From assembly GCA_965246715.1 (NCBI GenBank), contig CBDFFH010000036.1, forward strand, positions 110,815 to 174,814: a DNA stretch of 64,000 nt, written 5' to 3'. Below are positions 33,949-43,341 of the stretch, one piece after another. This DNA is from Chamaesiphon sp. (lineage in GTDB: Bacteria; Cyanobacteriota; Cyanobacteriia; Cyanobacteriales; Chamaesiphonaceae). Position numbers and translations under genes: made by a program. Position 1 is the stretch's first letter. Every line of letters begins with the position of its first letter. The notes beneath the pieces were generated by a model. The model had not been told where the DNA came from. It made no database searches and worked only from the letters and a program-made list of their open reading frames with translations.

Positions 33949-34312
33949 TGGGGATCTCCGGTACCGCAGAGGAGAAATCTGGTGGGTGAACTTAGATCCG
34001 ACAGTAGGCAGTGAAACGGCAAAAAAACGACCGTGTGTAATTCTTCAGAATGACGTGGGCAATGCTCGCTCTGACACAACGATGGTTGCTCCTCTATTGA
34101 AAGGCTCAAAAACCTATCCATTTGTAGTGAGTGTTGAGGTGACAGCAGAGAATGGGCTAGATGAAACTAGAGGAATTCATCTCGAACAAATGAGGGTTGT
34201 GGACAATCGGAGGATCGATTGTAAACTAGGAACATTAGAAGACAAGTACTGGAGTGAGATCGAGAAAGCTGTTTGCATCGTTCTGGGGTTTAATGCCGTT
34301 TTTGAACTCTAG
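33941..34312 (+). CDS. PemK/MazF family toxin
   Basis: RGEIWWVNLDPTVGSETAKKRPCVILQND. Confidence 0.9.
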   Translation: MPNGDLRYRRGEIWWVNLDPTVGSETAKKRPCVILQNDVGNARSDTTMVAPLLKGSKTYPFVVSVEVTAENGLDETRGIHLEQMRVVDNRRIDCKLGTLEDKYWSEIEKAVCIVLGFNAVFEL

Positions 34313-34398
34313 GTTTCTGGCGGTGATGAAGATACCACCTTAACATCACTACTGAGCAAGTTAAAATGTAGGAGCAGCGTGGAAATAAGGTCAAGTCT

Positions 34399-34671
34399 AT
34401 GACAATCCGACAACCCCGATATAGCAAGGAAGAATTTGCTCAACGCGGCGATGCACTTTATGAGTCACAGATTCGATCGCAAGTTGAAGAAGGGAATCAC
34501 GGTAAGATTGTCGCGATCGATATTGAAACCGGAGCCTTTGAAGTCGATGCGAGTGAAATTGCTGCTTGCGATCGTTTGGAAGTCAGTCACCCTGATGCTC
34601 AAATCTGGATGGTTCGGATTGGTTCCCGCCATGTTCGTCGATTCGGCGGACGCACGAAGAGATCGACATGA
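34399..34671 (+). CDS. Small partner protein of retropepsin-like protease, copy 1
   Basis: RQPRYSKEEFAQRG...GKIVAIDIETGAFEV; ATGA overlap with the protease. Confidence 0.75.
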   Translation: MTIRQPRYSKEEFAQRGDALYESQIRSQVEEGNHGKIVAIDIETGAFEVDASEIAACDRLEVSHPDAQIWMVRIGSRHVRRFGGRTKRST

Positions 34672-35069
34672 TAACGGGGATTGTTAATGAGGAGTTTGAG
34701 CCGATTATTTCAATTTCACTTTGTGATTCTGAGGGTAATGTTTATACCCAAGATGCGTTCACGTAGTGTTTCCAAGGGAAAATCGTAGATACTGGTTTTA
34801 ATGGCTGGCTATCGCTGCCCCCAGATTTAGTTTCTCAACTGAATCTGAAATGGAAGAGAAGAGGTAGAGCTATTCTTGGTGATGGCAGTGAATGTGTTTT
34901 TAATGTCTATGAAGCAGTTTTAGATTGGGATGGAAATCTGTTCACAATCCCAATCGATGAGGCTGATTCAGAACCACTTGTGGGCATGTCATTGATGGAA
35001 GGCTATCAGCTCATGGTGCAAGTATTTGAGGGCGGTCGTGTTGAACTCAGTAAGATAGCTATTGTCTAA
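34668..35069 (+). pseudogene. Clan AA (retropepsin-like) aspartic protease, copy 1, inactivated by a 24-nt insert containing TAG
   Basis: DA[insert 34758..34781]IVDTGFNG, LGDGS, PLVGMSL. Confidence 0.8.
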
Positions 35070-35121
35070 AGAACTTGTCTCATCAACGGAAGAAACACCC
35101 GCACCTTATTAGTATCTAAAA

Positions 35122-35445
35122 TCAGGAAGCCTTGCTAAAAACTTGAATTCGATCGATCGATTCCCCTTCTTGTTTTTGGACATGATACAGATCCCATCGC
35201 AACTGCAAATTCAACCAGAAGTCATTAGACACACCAAAAAACTTCGCTAGTCGCAGTGCGGTACTAGGGGTCACACCACGTTTGCCATTGATAATTTCGT
35301 TAATCCGTTGGTATGGGACATGGAGACTGTCCGCTAAGTGTTTTTGGGTTAAGCCCAAAGGTTCCAAAAATTCGGTAAGTAGCATTTCGCCTGGATGAGT
35401 CGGCGGACGATTTGTGGGAATACGAACCATAATGACGTTCTCCAA
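35122..35445 (-). CDS. higA: HigA family antitoxin
   Basis: PTHPGEML, RINEIINGKRGVT, FWLNLQ. Confidence 0.9.
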   Translation of the reverse strand: MENVIMVRIPTNRPPTHPGEMLLTEFLEPLGLTQKHLADSLHVPYQRINEIINGKRGVTPSTALRLAKFFGVSNDFWLNLQLRWDLYHVQKQEGESIDRIQVFSKAS

Positions 35446-35446
35446 A

Positions 35447-35740
35447 TTAGTGATAATCAACTATTTCTACTACTTGTGCATCGGACTCCGACCATTCAAA
35501 GCAGATCCGATACTGGTCATTGATGCGAATACTATATTGACCTTCCCTGTCGTCAGAGAGCTTTTCTAGGTGATTACCTGGCGGCACAGCCAATTCATCA
35601 ATGGTAGTAACAGAGTCTATTTGGTCTAGCTTCCGAACAGCAACACGCCAGATCGATTCTGGACAAATTTTGCGTGCTGCCTTAGAGTTGACCCCATCAA
35701 AAATATCTGCGGTGCCTTGGTTTTTGAAGGAATCAATCAT
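35447..35740 (-). CDS. higB: HigB/RelE family toxin (plasmid killer type)
   Basis: PPGNHLEKL...SIRINDQYRICFEW...IVDYH, upstream of higA. Confidence 0.9.
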   Translation of the reverse strand: MIDSFKNQGTADIFDGVNSKAARKICPESIWRVAVRKLDQIDSVTTIDELAVPPGNHLEKLSDDREGQYSIRINDQYRICFEWSESDAQVVEIVDYH

Positions 35741-35795
35741 ATCAACATGATAACACGGTATTCATGCTAGGTATGATTTTTTTGTCGTCGGTGTA

Positions 35796-36119
35796 ATGTG
35801 CCGACGATCGACTTACGACCGCACCAAAGTAGTCAGCGGCTATCACTGCGATTGGGAAGATGATATCAGAGTGGACGACTCTATGTATTCACGCGCCGCA
35901 CTCCAGCAGTTCGTTTCGTCGGCTCAGCCAGACTTGCTCGACGATTTCGAGCGATGGTTGCATCCGAAAGACTTTGACGAGCTTTTCGAGGTCGAGCCTT
36001 CCAAGCTCTTGGCGCAGGCACTCGGCTTAGAGCATTATGACTGGCTTGCCTACGATTACATTGTCCGCGATCTCCACGAGTCACCCGAAGACCATGCTGA
36101 CGTGACGGAGGTTTTATGA
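35796..36119 (+). CDS. Hypothetical acidic protein, GC-rich and cassette-like
   Basis: 107-aa ORF of foreign composition followed by an attC-like sequence. Confidence 0.45.
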   Translation: MCRRSTYDRTKVVSGYHCDWEDDIRVDDSMYSRAALQQFVSSAQPDLLDDFERWLHPKDFDELFEVEPSKLLAQALGLEHYDWLAYDYIVRDLHESPEDHADVTEVL

Positions 36120-36278
36120 CTACATCCAAAACGCCTAACAATCACACGGCACTAGAATGCCTTAAAATGCTCGGATGAGTTGCAAAGTTTATATCTGGTG
36201 GGTATGAACGTTATGTGTCAGTATTGTTCCTCTGGTCAATCAGGGAAGTGGCCGATCTCCAAGATATGTTCGCAATTA

Positions 36279-36700
36279 CTAATCTCGACTTTTAGATCGA
36301 AACCACCGTACAAATAACTTTTCTCCTTCAATCCAAATAAATATCAGTAAACTACAACCAAAACAGACTCCCAATTCAAATAAGCTCAAAGGATGGGTGC
36401 CAAAAAACGATTACCTCCGGTAGGCTGTGCCAAAGGCAGGCTTACGCCAACGCCAACGCAATGGAGCGATATAAACCACCACCAACTGTAATAGAATCGT
36501 GCCCAAAATCGCCCGCAACAACAGTGGATTGCTAAAGGGATTAATTCCGATAACGAGTTTATTCACAGAGCGTACAGCTAAAGCATGACCCATTTAGGCG
36601 ATACAGAGGGTGGTAAAGACAATCGTTTTCCAGGTATCGGGATCGCCAGGATAACCGACTGAGTGGGTTCGTTGGCGATAGTCTCTCCTTGGAGAATCGC
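36279..36700 (-). pseudogene. 3' fragment of a cation-transporting P-type ATPase
   Basis: DPDTWKTIVFTTLCIA*MGHALAVRS...NPFSNPLL...FFGTHPLS...WIEGEKLFVRW. Confidence 0.8.
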
Positions 36701-36747
36701 CGCTTCAAGTTAAAATAGAAGGATAGAGTCGTAGTGAGGTCAAACCC

Positions 36748-37094
36748 ATGGCAGTATCTCCAGAGGAGAGGTTTCACCAACGACAGCCCCGATATAGCAA
36801 GGAAGAGTTTGCCCAGCGTGGCGATGCACTCTATGAGTCACAAATTCGATTACCTCCGGTAGGCTTCGCCAACGCAAATCGATGAACAGAGCGATCGTGG
36901 TAGAATTGTCGCGATTACCTCCGGTAGGCTTCGCCAACGACATCGAAACTGGAGATTTTGAACTAGCCGACGATCCAACGATCGCAACTCGACAACTCTA
37001 TGAGCGGTTGCCAGATGCCCAACCTTGGGTCATTCGGATTGGCTATCGTGCCGTGCGTCGATTTGGCGCACGCAGCTTGAAAGACGCTCTATGA
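36748..37094 (+). pseudogene. Protease partner protein, copy 2, carrying three repeat insertions
   Basis: Aligns to 39835..40110 once inserts 36757..36780, 36851..36872 and 36916..36937 are removed. Confidence 0.8.
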
Positions 37095-37468
37095 TGCAAG
37101 GATACGTCAATGAAAATTATGAGGCGATAATTTCTGTTGCCGTGAAAAATAGTAGCAGTTTTAAAGCTATTGATGCTGTAATCGATACAGGGTTTACAGG
37201 CTTCTTGAGCCTGTAAACCGCTATTATTATGGAACTCGAACTACAATGGAGTTATCGAGACCGTGCGACGTTAGGCGATGGCAGCGAAACAGTATTTGAT
37301 GTCTACAATGCAGAAATCTTGTGGAACGGACAGTTGCGAGAAATCGAAGTCGATGCAGCAGAGACAGAACCGTTATTAGGCATGGGTTTACTTAAAGGAT
37401 ATCGATTGCAAGTAGATACAATTGAGGGTGGCTTAGTGACAATCCAAACTTTATTGAACCTCAGTTAA
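37091..37468 (+). pseudogene. Clan AA aspartic protease, copy 2, with an in-frame TAA at 37214
   Basis: VIDTGFTGFLSL*...LGDGS...PLLGMGL. Confidence 0.8.
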
Positions 37469-37496
37469 AATCTATTCAGATCTCAATTTTCAGAAC

Positions 37497-37612
37497 GAAA
37501 CCACCGCACAAATAACTTTTCTCCTTCAATCCAGATAAATATCAATAAACTGCAACCAAAACAGACCCCCCAGTTCAAATAAGATCAAAGGATGGTTCCC
37601 AAAAAACGATCG
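37497..37612 (-). repeat. Second copy of the P-type ATPase 3' end
   Basis: Near-identical to 36300..36411. Confidence 0.8.
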
Positions 37613-37764
37613 TTATTGGACATCAGGCAGTCTATCATTTTGGGGCGCGGAGTCTGAAAAATCCGTATGATACATGGCGTGGTAAATAAGAGTTGCGAGG
37701 CAATTTTGCCGAAATGTCTGAAACCTATCTGGTGAAACGTATTCAACCGAACTCGCTCCTAAAC

Positions 37765-37995
37765 TTAATAGCGTGGTTGGCAATCTACAAAACTCAGAGC
37801 CTCTCGATCGAGAAAACCTGAGATCGCCATTTCTAAAACTGCTTCGACTGGATAATCGATTTCCTTGGCTCGGCGTTCAAACGCCTCTCTAACGTGAGTC
37901 GGGAATGCGGCTAACATCATCCGTGCGGCGACTGGATTCAAATGCTCGATGCTCTCTGGTTCGGAACTAGCCGATTTAACACTAGTGTTCGTCAT
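37765..37995 (-). CDS. Small RHH-like protein translationally coupled to the GIY-YIG gene
   Basis: 76 aa; ATG overlaps the TGA of the upstream gene; VREAFERRAKEIDYPVEAVLEMAI. Confidence 0.6.
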   Translation of the reverse strand: MTNTSVKSASSEPESIEHLNPVAARMMLAAFPTHVREAFERRAKEIDYPVEAVLEMAISGFLDREALSFVDCQPRY

Positions 37996-39673
37996 GATTC
38001 ATCCCTCATTGGTATCCGAATATTAAATGGGGGCTTACTCCAAACAAGAATAATTCCCTCTAAATCTGATGATAACGTTCGCCACTGCCGATAGTCGATT
38101 TCACAAATAGCAATCGCCACGTCGCGATGGTTATAATCTGCTAGCCAAGACCAAGTAATGGCTTTGTGTCCGCCTCGAAAGCGTTCTTTGACATCCTGTG
38201 CTTTGCCAACATACAGTAATCCTGCCGTTCGATGGCGAATTGCGTAAATACCTGGTTTTGAAGTTAATCCTGCAAAGCTTAGTGGTGCAGAAAAGTCCTG
38301 AAAGGCTTGTGGTGTCTAGAGAACAATAATTAATAGAAAAGGGGCTTGCGGCGTGGTTCGATTGTTTAAGCGAAAAACAAATCCACGTAAAATAATGGCT
38401 ACACCCCAACTCTATCGTCAACTATTTGAACAACTTGGTCAATGGATTATCCCCAAAGATTTGCGTCACCTGAAGAACTGTGCAGAAATAGTGGCAGCGA
38501 TTTTAGAATCAGAAAGTGCTTGTGCTGCCCACTGGCTTCCGTACCTGAGCCACCGGAACTGTCAAGCACGGAGCCAGATGGAGCGAATCAGCTACTTCAT
38601 GAACAATCCAGCAATTAGCGATGAAGTATTGTATGTGCCAGTAATTAAACAATTTCTCAAAGAATGGACAGGGAAAGAACTAATCCTGGTGATGGATACC
38701 AGTATGTTGTGGGATACCTATTGCCTGATTGAAGTATGTGTGGCATGGGGTGGTCGTTCGATTACATTAGCTCAAACGGTGATTAAACATGGTAGTTCGA
38801 CAGTTGGGTTTGACCAATATCTACCAGTGCTAGAAGCAGCCGCATCTCGACTACCAATAGATTCACAGCCAACTTTATTAGCTGATAGCGGCTTTGAACA
38901 TGGAGAGCTGATGCGGTGGCTTACCACACAGGAATGGAACTGGGGCATTAGAGTCAAATCGAATCTCCAGATCACCTTTGCTAACGGCAAAACACAATCT
39001 TTGAAAGAACTGTTTCCACCCAAAGATCGAGTGTACTTATTTCCCAGCGTTAAAGTACTCGGTGATCTAGAGTGCAATTTAGGCACAGCTAACTGTCGGG
39101 GAGTGAAAGAACCGTGGGCGGTGCTGACAAATACACCATTATCGTTACAAACATTTCAGCTTTATGGCAAAAGATTTGGCGGGATTGAACCTCGATTCAA
39201 AGATTACAAATCTGGTACTTTTGATATTTTACGGTCAAAAATCAGAGATGCTCAAGCTTTGAGTAATTTATTAATAATGATAGAACTAGCTGAAATATTA
39301 GCAATTAGATTAGGATTGACAATGATAGAGACACGGAAAAGAAGTAAGGTAGATTGGCATGGAGAAAGAGGCTTAAGCCTTTTGCAAATTGGAATCAGAA
39401 CAGTGAAGAGTTTATGTCATCAAGCTCTACCACTCCCGTTTCTTACTCCAATACCTTGGTGCAATATATTTCCAGCATGTGCTTCTCTTAAAAAAAGAGC
39501 TAAGTTAGAAAAGCGGAGTGAATTCGCCAAGGTTATGTCATTTGCTTATTAGAAAAAATAGTTTTCTGCACCACTAAGCCTGCAAAGTCTCGGCTAATTG
39601 GAACGCAGTCAGAAAAGGGTAGTTGCACCAAGAAGTTCAAAATTTCACGAGCTTGGCTCTCAATCTCTGTCAT
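37992..39673 (-). pseudogene. GIY-YIG nuclease family gene (~123 aa) interrupted by IS4
   Basis: Removing the IS and one TSD gives MTEIESQ...DFAGLTSKPGIYAIRHRTAGLLYVGKAQDVKERF...LE...PPFN. Confidence 0.8.
38278..39578 (+). mobile_element. IS4-family IS (transposase 38395..39552)
   Basis: 17-bp IRs CTTAGTGGTGCAGAAAA; 9-bp TSD CCTGCAAAG; DTS, LADSGF, YGKRFGGIEPRFKDYKS. Confidence 0.9.
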
Positions 39674-39711
39674 TGAGTAAAATCTAGTAAGTAGGACGGC
39701 ATAAATAATCA

Positions 39712-39775
39712 GGAAGCTTTTCTAGATGATTACCTGGTGGAACAGCTAATTTATCAATGGTAGTAACAAGTCCAA
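39712..39775 (-). pseudogene. Internal remnant of a third higB
   Basis: Matches 42903..42965. Confidence 0.6.
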
Positions 39776-39834
39776 TCGATTGGCAAGTATTTCGAGCTAA
39801 AATAAGATAGTTTAGTGGCAATAAGGTCAAATCA

Positions 39835-40110
39835 ATGACAGTACGACAGCCCCGATATAGCAAGGAAGAGTTTGCCCAACGGGGTGATACACTTTATGAG
39901 TCACAGATTCGATCGCAAGTCGAAGAAGGTAATCACGGTAAGATTGTCGCGATCGACATCGAAACCGGAGCCTTTGAAGTAGCCGATGATATACTACCAG
40001 CTACCAATCGCCTATTTGAGCGTTTCCCAGATGCTCAACCCTGGATCGTCCGGATCGGACATCGAGCAGTAGATCGCTTTGGTTCGCGCAGTCTCAAAAA
40101 AACAGTATGA
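39835..40110 (+). CDS. Protease partner protein, copy 3 (intact)
   Basis: Paralog of 34399..34671; ATGA overlap. Confidence 0.8.
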   Translation: MTVRQPRYSKEEFAQRGDTLYESQIRSQVEEGNHGKIVAIDIETGAFEVADDILPATNRLFERFPDAQPWIVRIGHRAVDRFGSRSLKKTV

Positions 40111-40478
40111 TTCACGGCGTTGTAAGTAAAAACCGTGAGGCAACAATTTCGCTGGTTATTGTTAATGAAACTCGTCAGACAAAACTGATTACTGCTGTCA
40201 TAGACACTGGGTATACTGGCTTTCTAAGCCTACCAAGTGAAATTATTACCGAGTTGAATTTGTCTTGGACAGGGATCGATCGAGGCACACTTGGCGATGG
40301 TAGTGAAGTAACCTTCGAGGTCTATGCCGCTAAGGTCATCTGGGATGGAGAATATCGCGACAGCCCCATTAATGAAGCCGAAACCGATCCTCTAATTGGA
40401 ATGAGTCTGCTTTACAGTTACGATTTGCATATTCAAGCGGTGGAAGGTGGTAGCGTCACAATTAAGCGACTAGAGTAA
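40107..40478 (+). CDS. Clan AA (retropepsin-like) aspartic protease, copy 3 (intact)
   Basis: VIDTGYTG catalytic motif, LGDGS flap, PLIGMSL. Confidence 0.85.
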   Translation: MIHGVVSKNREATISLVIVNETRQTKLITAVIDTGYTGFLSLPSEIITELNLSWTGIDRGTLGDGSEVTFEVYAAKVIWDGEYRDSPINEAETDPLIGMSLLYSYDLHIQAVEGGSVTIKRLE

Positions 40479-40497
40479 TATTTTCGCATCATTTAAA

Positions 40498-41451
40498 ATG
40501 GGCTATACGACACAATCATCAAAGTCAGTCGAGGTTCACATTACAACATCAACAGGCACTCTCTATGGCACACAGATTATTTCAACGTCTAATGTGCCAG
40601 AGCCAGTGGTGCTGATCGTTGCGGGTTCAGGTCCGACCGATCGCGATGGAAACAATCCTCTAGCTGGGCAGAATAACAGCCTCAAACTACTAGCTGAAGG
40701 GTTAGCCGATCGCGGCATTGCCTCGATACGATACGACAAGCGCGGTATTGGGGAAAGTTTAGCCGCAGGACTTCAAGAAGTTGATTTGCGTTTCGATACC
40801 TATGTTGAAGATGCGGCACTTTGGATTCAGCAATTGCAGGCAGATTCTCGCTTCTCAAACGTCACCGCGATTGGTCATAGTGAAGGCTCTCTGATTGGAA
40901 TGCTGGCGACCCAAAAAACTGGAGCAGATGCTTTTGTATCAATAGCTGGAACTGCCCGAACTGCATCACAAGTTTTACGAGAGCAACTGCAACCTAGATT
41001 GCCAGACGCGTTATGGCAACAGAGCGATCGGATTCTTGCTGCTCTAGAGCAAGGCAACACAGTGGCCTCTGTTCCACCAGAATTAAACACGCTCTACAGA
41101 TCGAGCGTCCAACCCTACCTCATTTCCTGGTTTCGCTATACCCCTGCTCAAGAGATTAAGCATCTCACTGTACCTGTTCTAATTGTTCAAGGAACAACTG
41201 ATATCCAAGTGCCTGTTAGTGAGGCGCAAGCCCTGAAGATGGCTAAACCGGATGCGGAGATTAGAATCATTGAGGGGATGAATCATGTCTTAAAAGCGGT
41301 TCCATTAGACCCTGAACAGCAAAATGCTTCCTATTCTGAGCCAATGCTGCCAGTTGTGCCTGAGCTAGTTGAGGGTATAAGTCAATTTATTCACAGCCGT
41401 GGAATGCGCCGTAAGTCTAACCAGTCGCTGCACCGGAATGTGCCAAGTTGA
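40498..41451 (+). CDS. Alpha/beta hydrolase
   Basis: GSGPTDRDGN, RYDKRG, GHSEG nucleophile, GMNHVLK. Confidence 0.9.
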   Translation: MGYTTQSSKSVEVHITTSTGTLYGTQIISTSNVPEPVVLIVAGSGPTDRDGNNPLAGQNNSLKLLAEGLADRGIASIRYDKRGIGESLAAGLQEVDLRFDTYVEDAALWIQQLQADSRFSNVTAIGHSEGSLIGMLATQKTGADAFVSIAGTARTASQVLREQLQPRLPDALWQQSDRILAALEQGNTVASVPPELNTLYRSSVQPYLISWFRYTPAQEIKHLTVPVLIVQGTTDIQVPVSEAQALKMAKPDAEIRIIEGMNHVLKAVPLDPEQQNASYSEPMLPVVPELVEGISQFIHSRGMRRKSNQSLHRNVPS

Positions 41452-41697
41452 TTGGTCGATCAGAAAATTTCGAGCGGAATGTTCTCTACCATTTTCCGTT
41501 TATTGGCGATAAGTTAATCATCGGGAAGTTTTGTGCCTTGGCAAGAGGCATAAATTTCATTATGAATGGGGCAAATCACAAGACGATCCAAGCATTGCTT
41601 GAAGTTGGTTGGTGGAATTGGGACATCGAGAAAATCACGCGCAATCTGTAGCAGATTGTAGCGGCAGATATTGAAGCTCTGATAAATTGCAAGTAGC
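41448..41697 (+). pseudogene. Vat/CatB-type acetyltransferase remnant with an internal deletion
   Basis: FERNVLYHFPFIGDKLIIGKFCALA...MNGANH fused directly to WWNWDIEKITRNL. Confidence 0.75.
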
Positions 41698-41783
41698 ATC
41701 GATCAATACTGTCAACTTTTAGCAATAAACCACCGCACAATCAAGCTAAAATATAGGAGCAGCATGGAAATAAGGTCAAACCC

Positions 41784-42059
41784 ATGACAATTCGACAGCC
41801 CCGATATAGCAAGGAAGAATTTGCCCAGCGCGGTGATGCACTTTACGATTCACAGATTCGATCTCAAGTTGAAGAAGGTAATCACGGTAAGATTGTCGCG
41901 ATCGACATTGAAACCGGAGCCTTTGAAGTAGCAGATGACTTGTTGATGGCATCGAAACATCTATTGGTAAGAGTGCCCGATGCTCAGACTTGGTTCGTTC
42001 GTATTGGCTATCTAGCCGTCGATCACTTTGGAGCACGGAGTTTGAGAACAAAGCCATGA
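41784..42059 (+). CDS. Protease partner protein, copy 4 (intact)
   Basis: Paralog of copies 1-3; ATGA overlap. Confidence 0.8.
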   Translation: MTIRQPRYSKEEFAQRGDALYDSQIRSQVEEGNHGKIVAIDIETGAFEVADDLLMASKHLLVRVPDAQTWFVRIGYLAVDHFGARSLRTKP

Positions 42060-42424
42060 TGCAAGGTCGTGTGAATCAAAGGTGTGAGGCGGCGTTGGCG
42101 ATCGCGGTCAAAAACAATGAGATAACTCAGATGGTAGACACTGTAATTGATACAGGTTTTTCGGGATTTCTCACCTTGCCATCTGACATGATTTCAACGC
42201 TGGGGTTTAGGTGGGAAGGTCGGGATACTGCCACATTAGGTGATGGGACTTTTTGCACGTTTGAAGTTTATATTGGGCTTGTGATTTGGGACGGGCAATA
42301 CCGTGAGATTTACATCAATGAATCAGAAACAGTTCCATTGATTGGAATGCAGCTACTTCGAGGGTATGATTTGCACATTCAAGCGGTGGAAGGTGGTAGC
42401 GTTACAATTAAGCTACTAGAATGA
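42056..42424 (+). CDS. Clan AA aspartic protease, copy 4 (intact)
   Basis: VIDTGFSG, LGDGT, PLIGMQL. Confidence 0.85.
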   Translation: MMQGRVNQRCEAALAIAVKNNEITQMVDTVIDTGFSGFLTLPSDMISTLGFRWEGRDTATLGDGTFCTFEVYIGLVIWDGQYREIYINESETVPLIGMQLLRGYDLHIQAVEGGSVTIKLLE

Positions 42425-42467
42425 TGTATCTGCAACATTTAAAATCGTTTCTCATTAGTATCCAAAA

Positions 42468-42791
42468 TCAGGACGCTGTGCTAAAGACTTGGATTTTTTC
42501 GATCGATTCCCCTTCTTGTTTTTGGACATGATACAGATCCCATCGCAACTGCAAATTCAGCCAGAAGTCATTTGACACACCAAAAAACTTTGCTAGTCGC
42601 AGGGCGGTACTAGGGGTTACACCACGTTTGCCGTTAATAATTTCGTTAATCCGTTGGTATGGGACATGGATACTTTCAGCCAAATGTTTTTGGGTTAAGC
42701 CCAAAGGTTCTAAAAATTCGGTAAGTAACATTTCGCCAGGATGAGTCGGCGGACGATTTGTGGGAATACGAACCATGATGACGTTCTCCAA
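42468..42791 (-). CDS. higA: HigA family antitoxin (copy 2)
   Basis: Near-identical to 35122..35445. Confidence 0.9.
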   Translation of the reverse strand: MENVIMVRIPTNRPPTHPGEMLLTEFLEPLGLTQKHLAESIHVPYQRINEIINGKRGVTPSTALRLAKFFGVSNDFWLNLQLRWDLYHVQKQEGESIEKIQVFSTAS

Positions 42792-42792
42792 A

Positions 42793-43086
42793 TTAGTGAT
42801 AATCGACTATTTCTACTGCTTGTGCATCGGACTCCGACCATTCAAAGCAAATCCGATACTGGTCATTGATGCGAATACTATGTTGACCTTCTCTGTCTCC
42901 AGAAAGCTTCTCTAGGTGATTACCTGGTGGAACAGCTAGTTCGTCAATGGTAGTAACAGAGTCGATTTGGTCTAGCTTCCGAACGGCAACACGCCAGATC
43001 GACTCTGGACAAATTTTGCGTGCTGCCTTAGAGTCGATCCCGTCAAAAATATCTGCTGTGCCTTGGTTTTTGAAGGAATCAATCAT
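42793..43086 (-). CDS. higB: HigB toxin (copy 2)
   Basis: Near-identical to 35447..35740. Confidence 0.9.
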   Translation of the reverse strand: MIDSFKNQGTADIFDGIDSKAARKICPESIWRVAVRKLDQIDSVTTIDELAVPPGNHLEKLSGDREGQHSIRINDQYRICFEWSESDAQAVEIVDYH

Positions 43087-43341
43087 AACAACATGATAGC
43101 ACGGTATTCATGCTAGGTGAGATTATGTTGCTGTTGGCGGAGTCTTTCCTTTGGAAAATCGCATATATACCTAGCTTGGAGGTTAATCCTGCAAAGTCTT
43201 GGCGAATATTTGAAGTTTTCCGAGTGTGAAAGCTTCAAATATTTTGGGCACTATAACTAATAGGGGGTTTTGTACAAACCCTCTTTTCGAGAGATTAGTG
43301 AAAAACAAAGTGCGATCTTATAAGTAAATGAGGATATTTAA

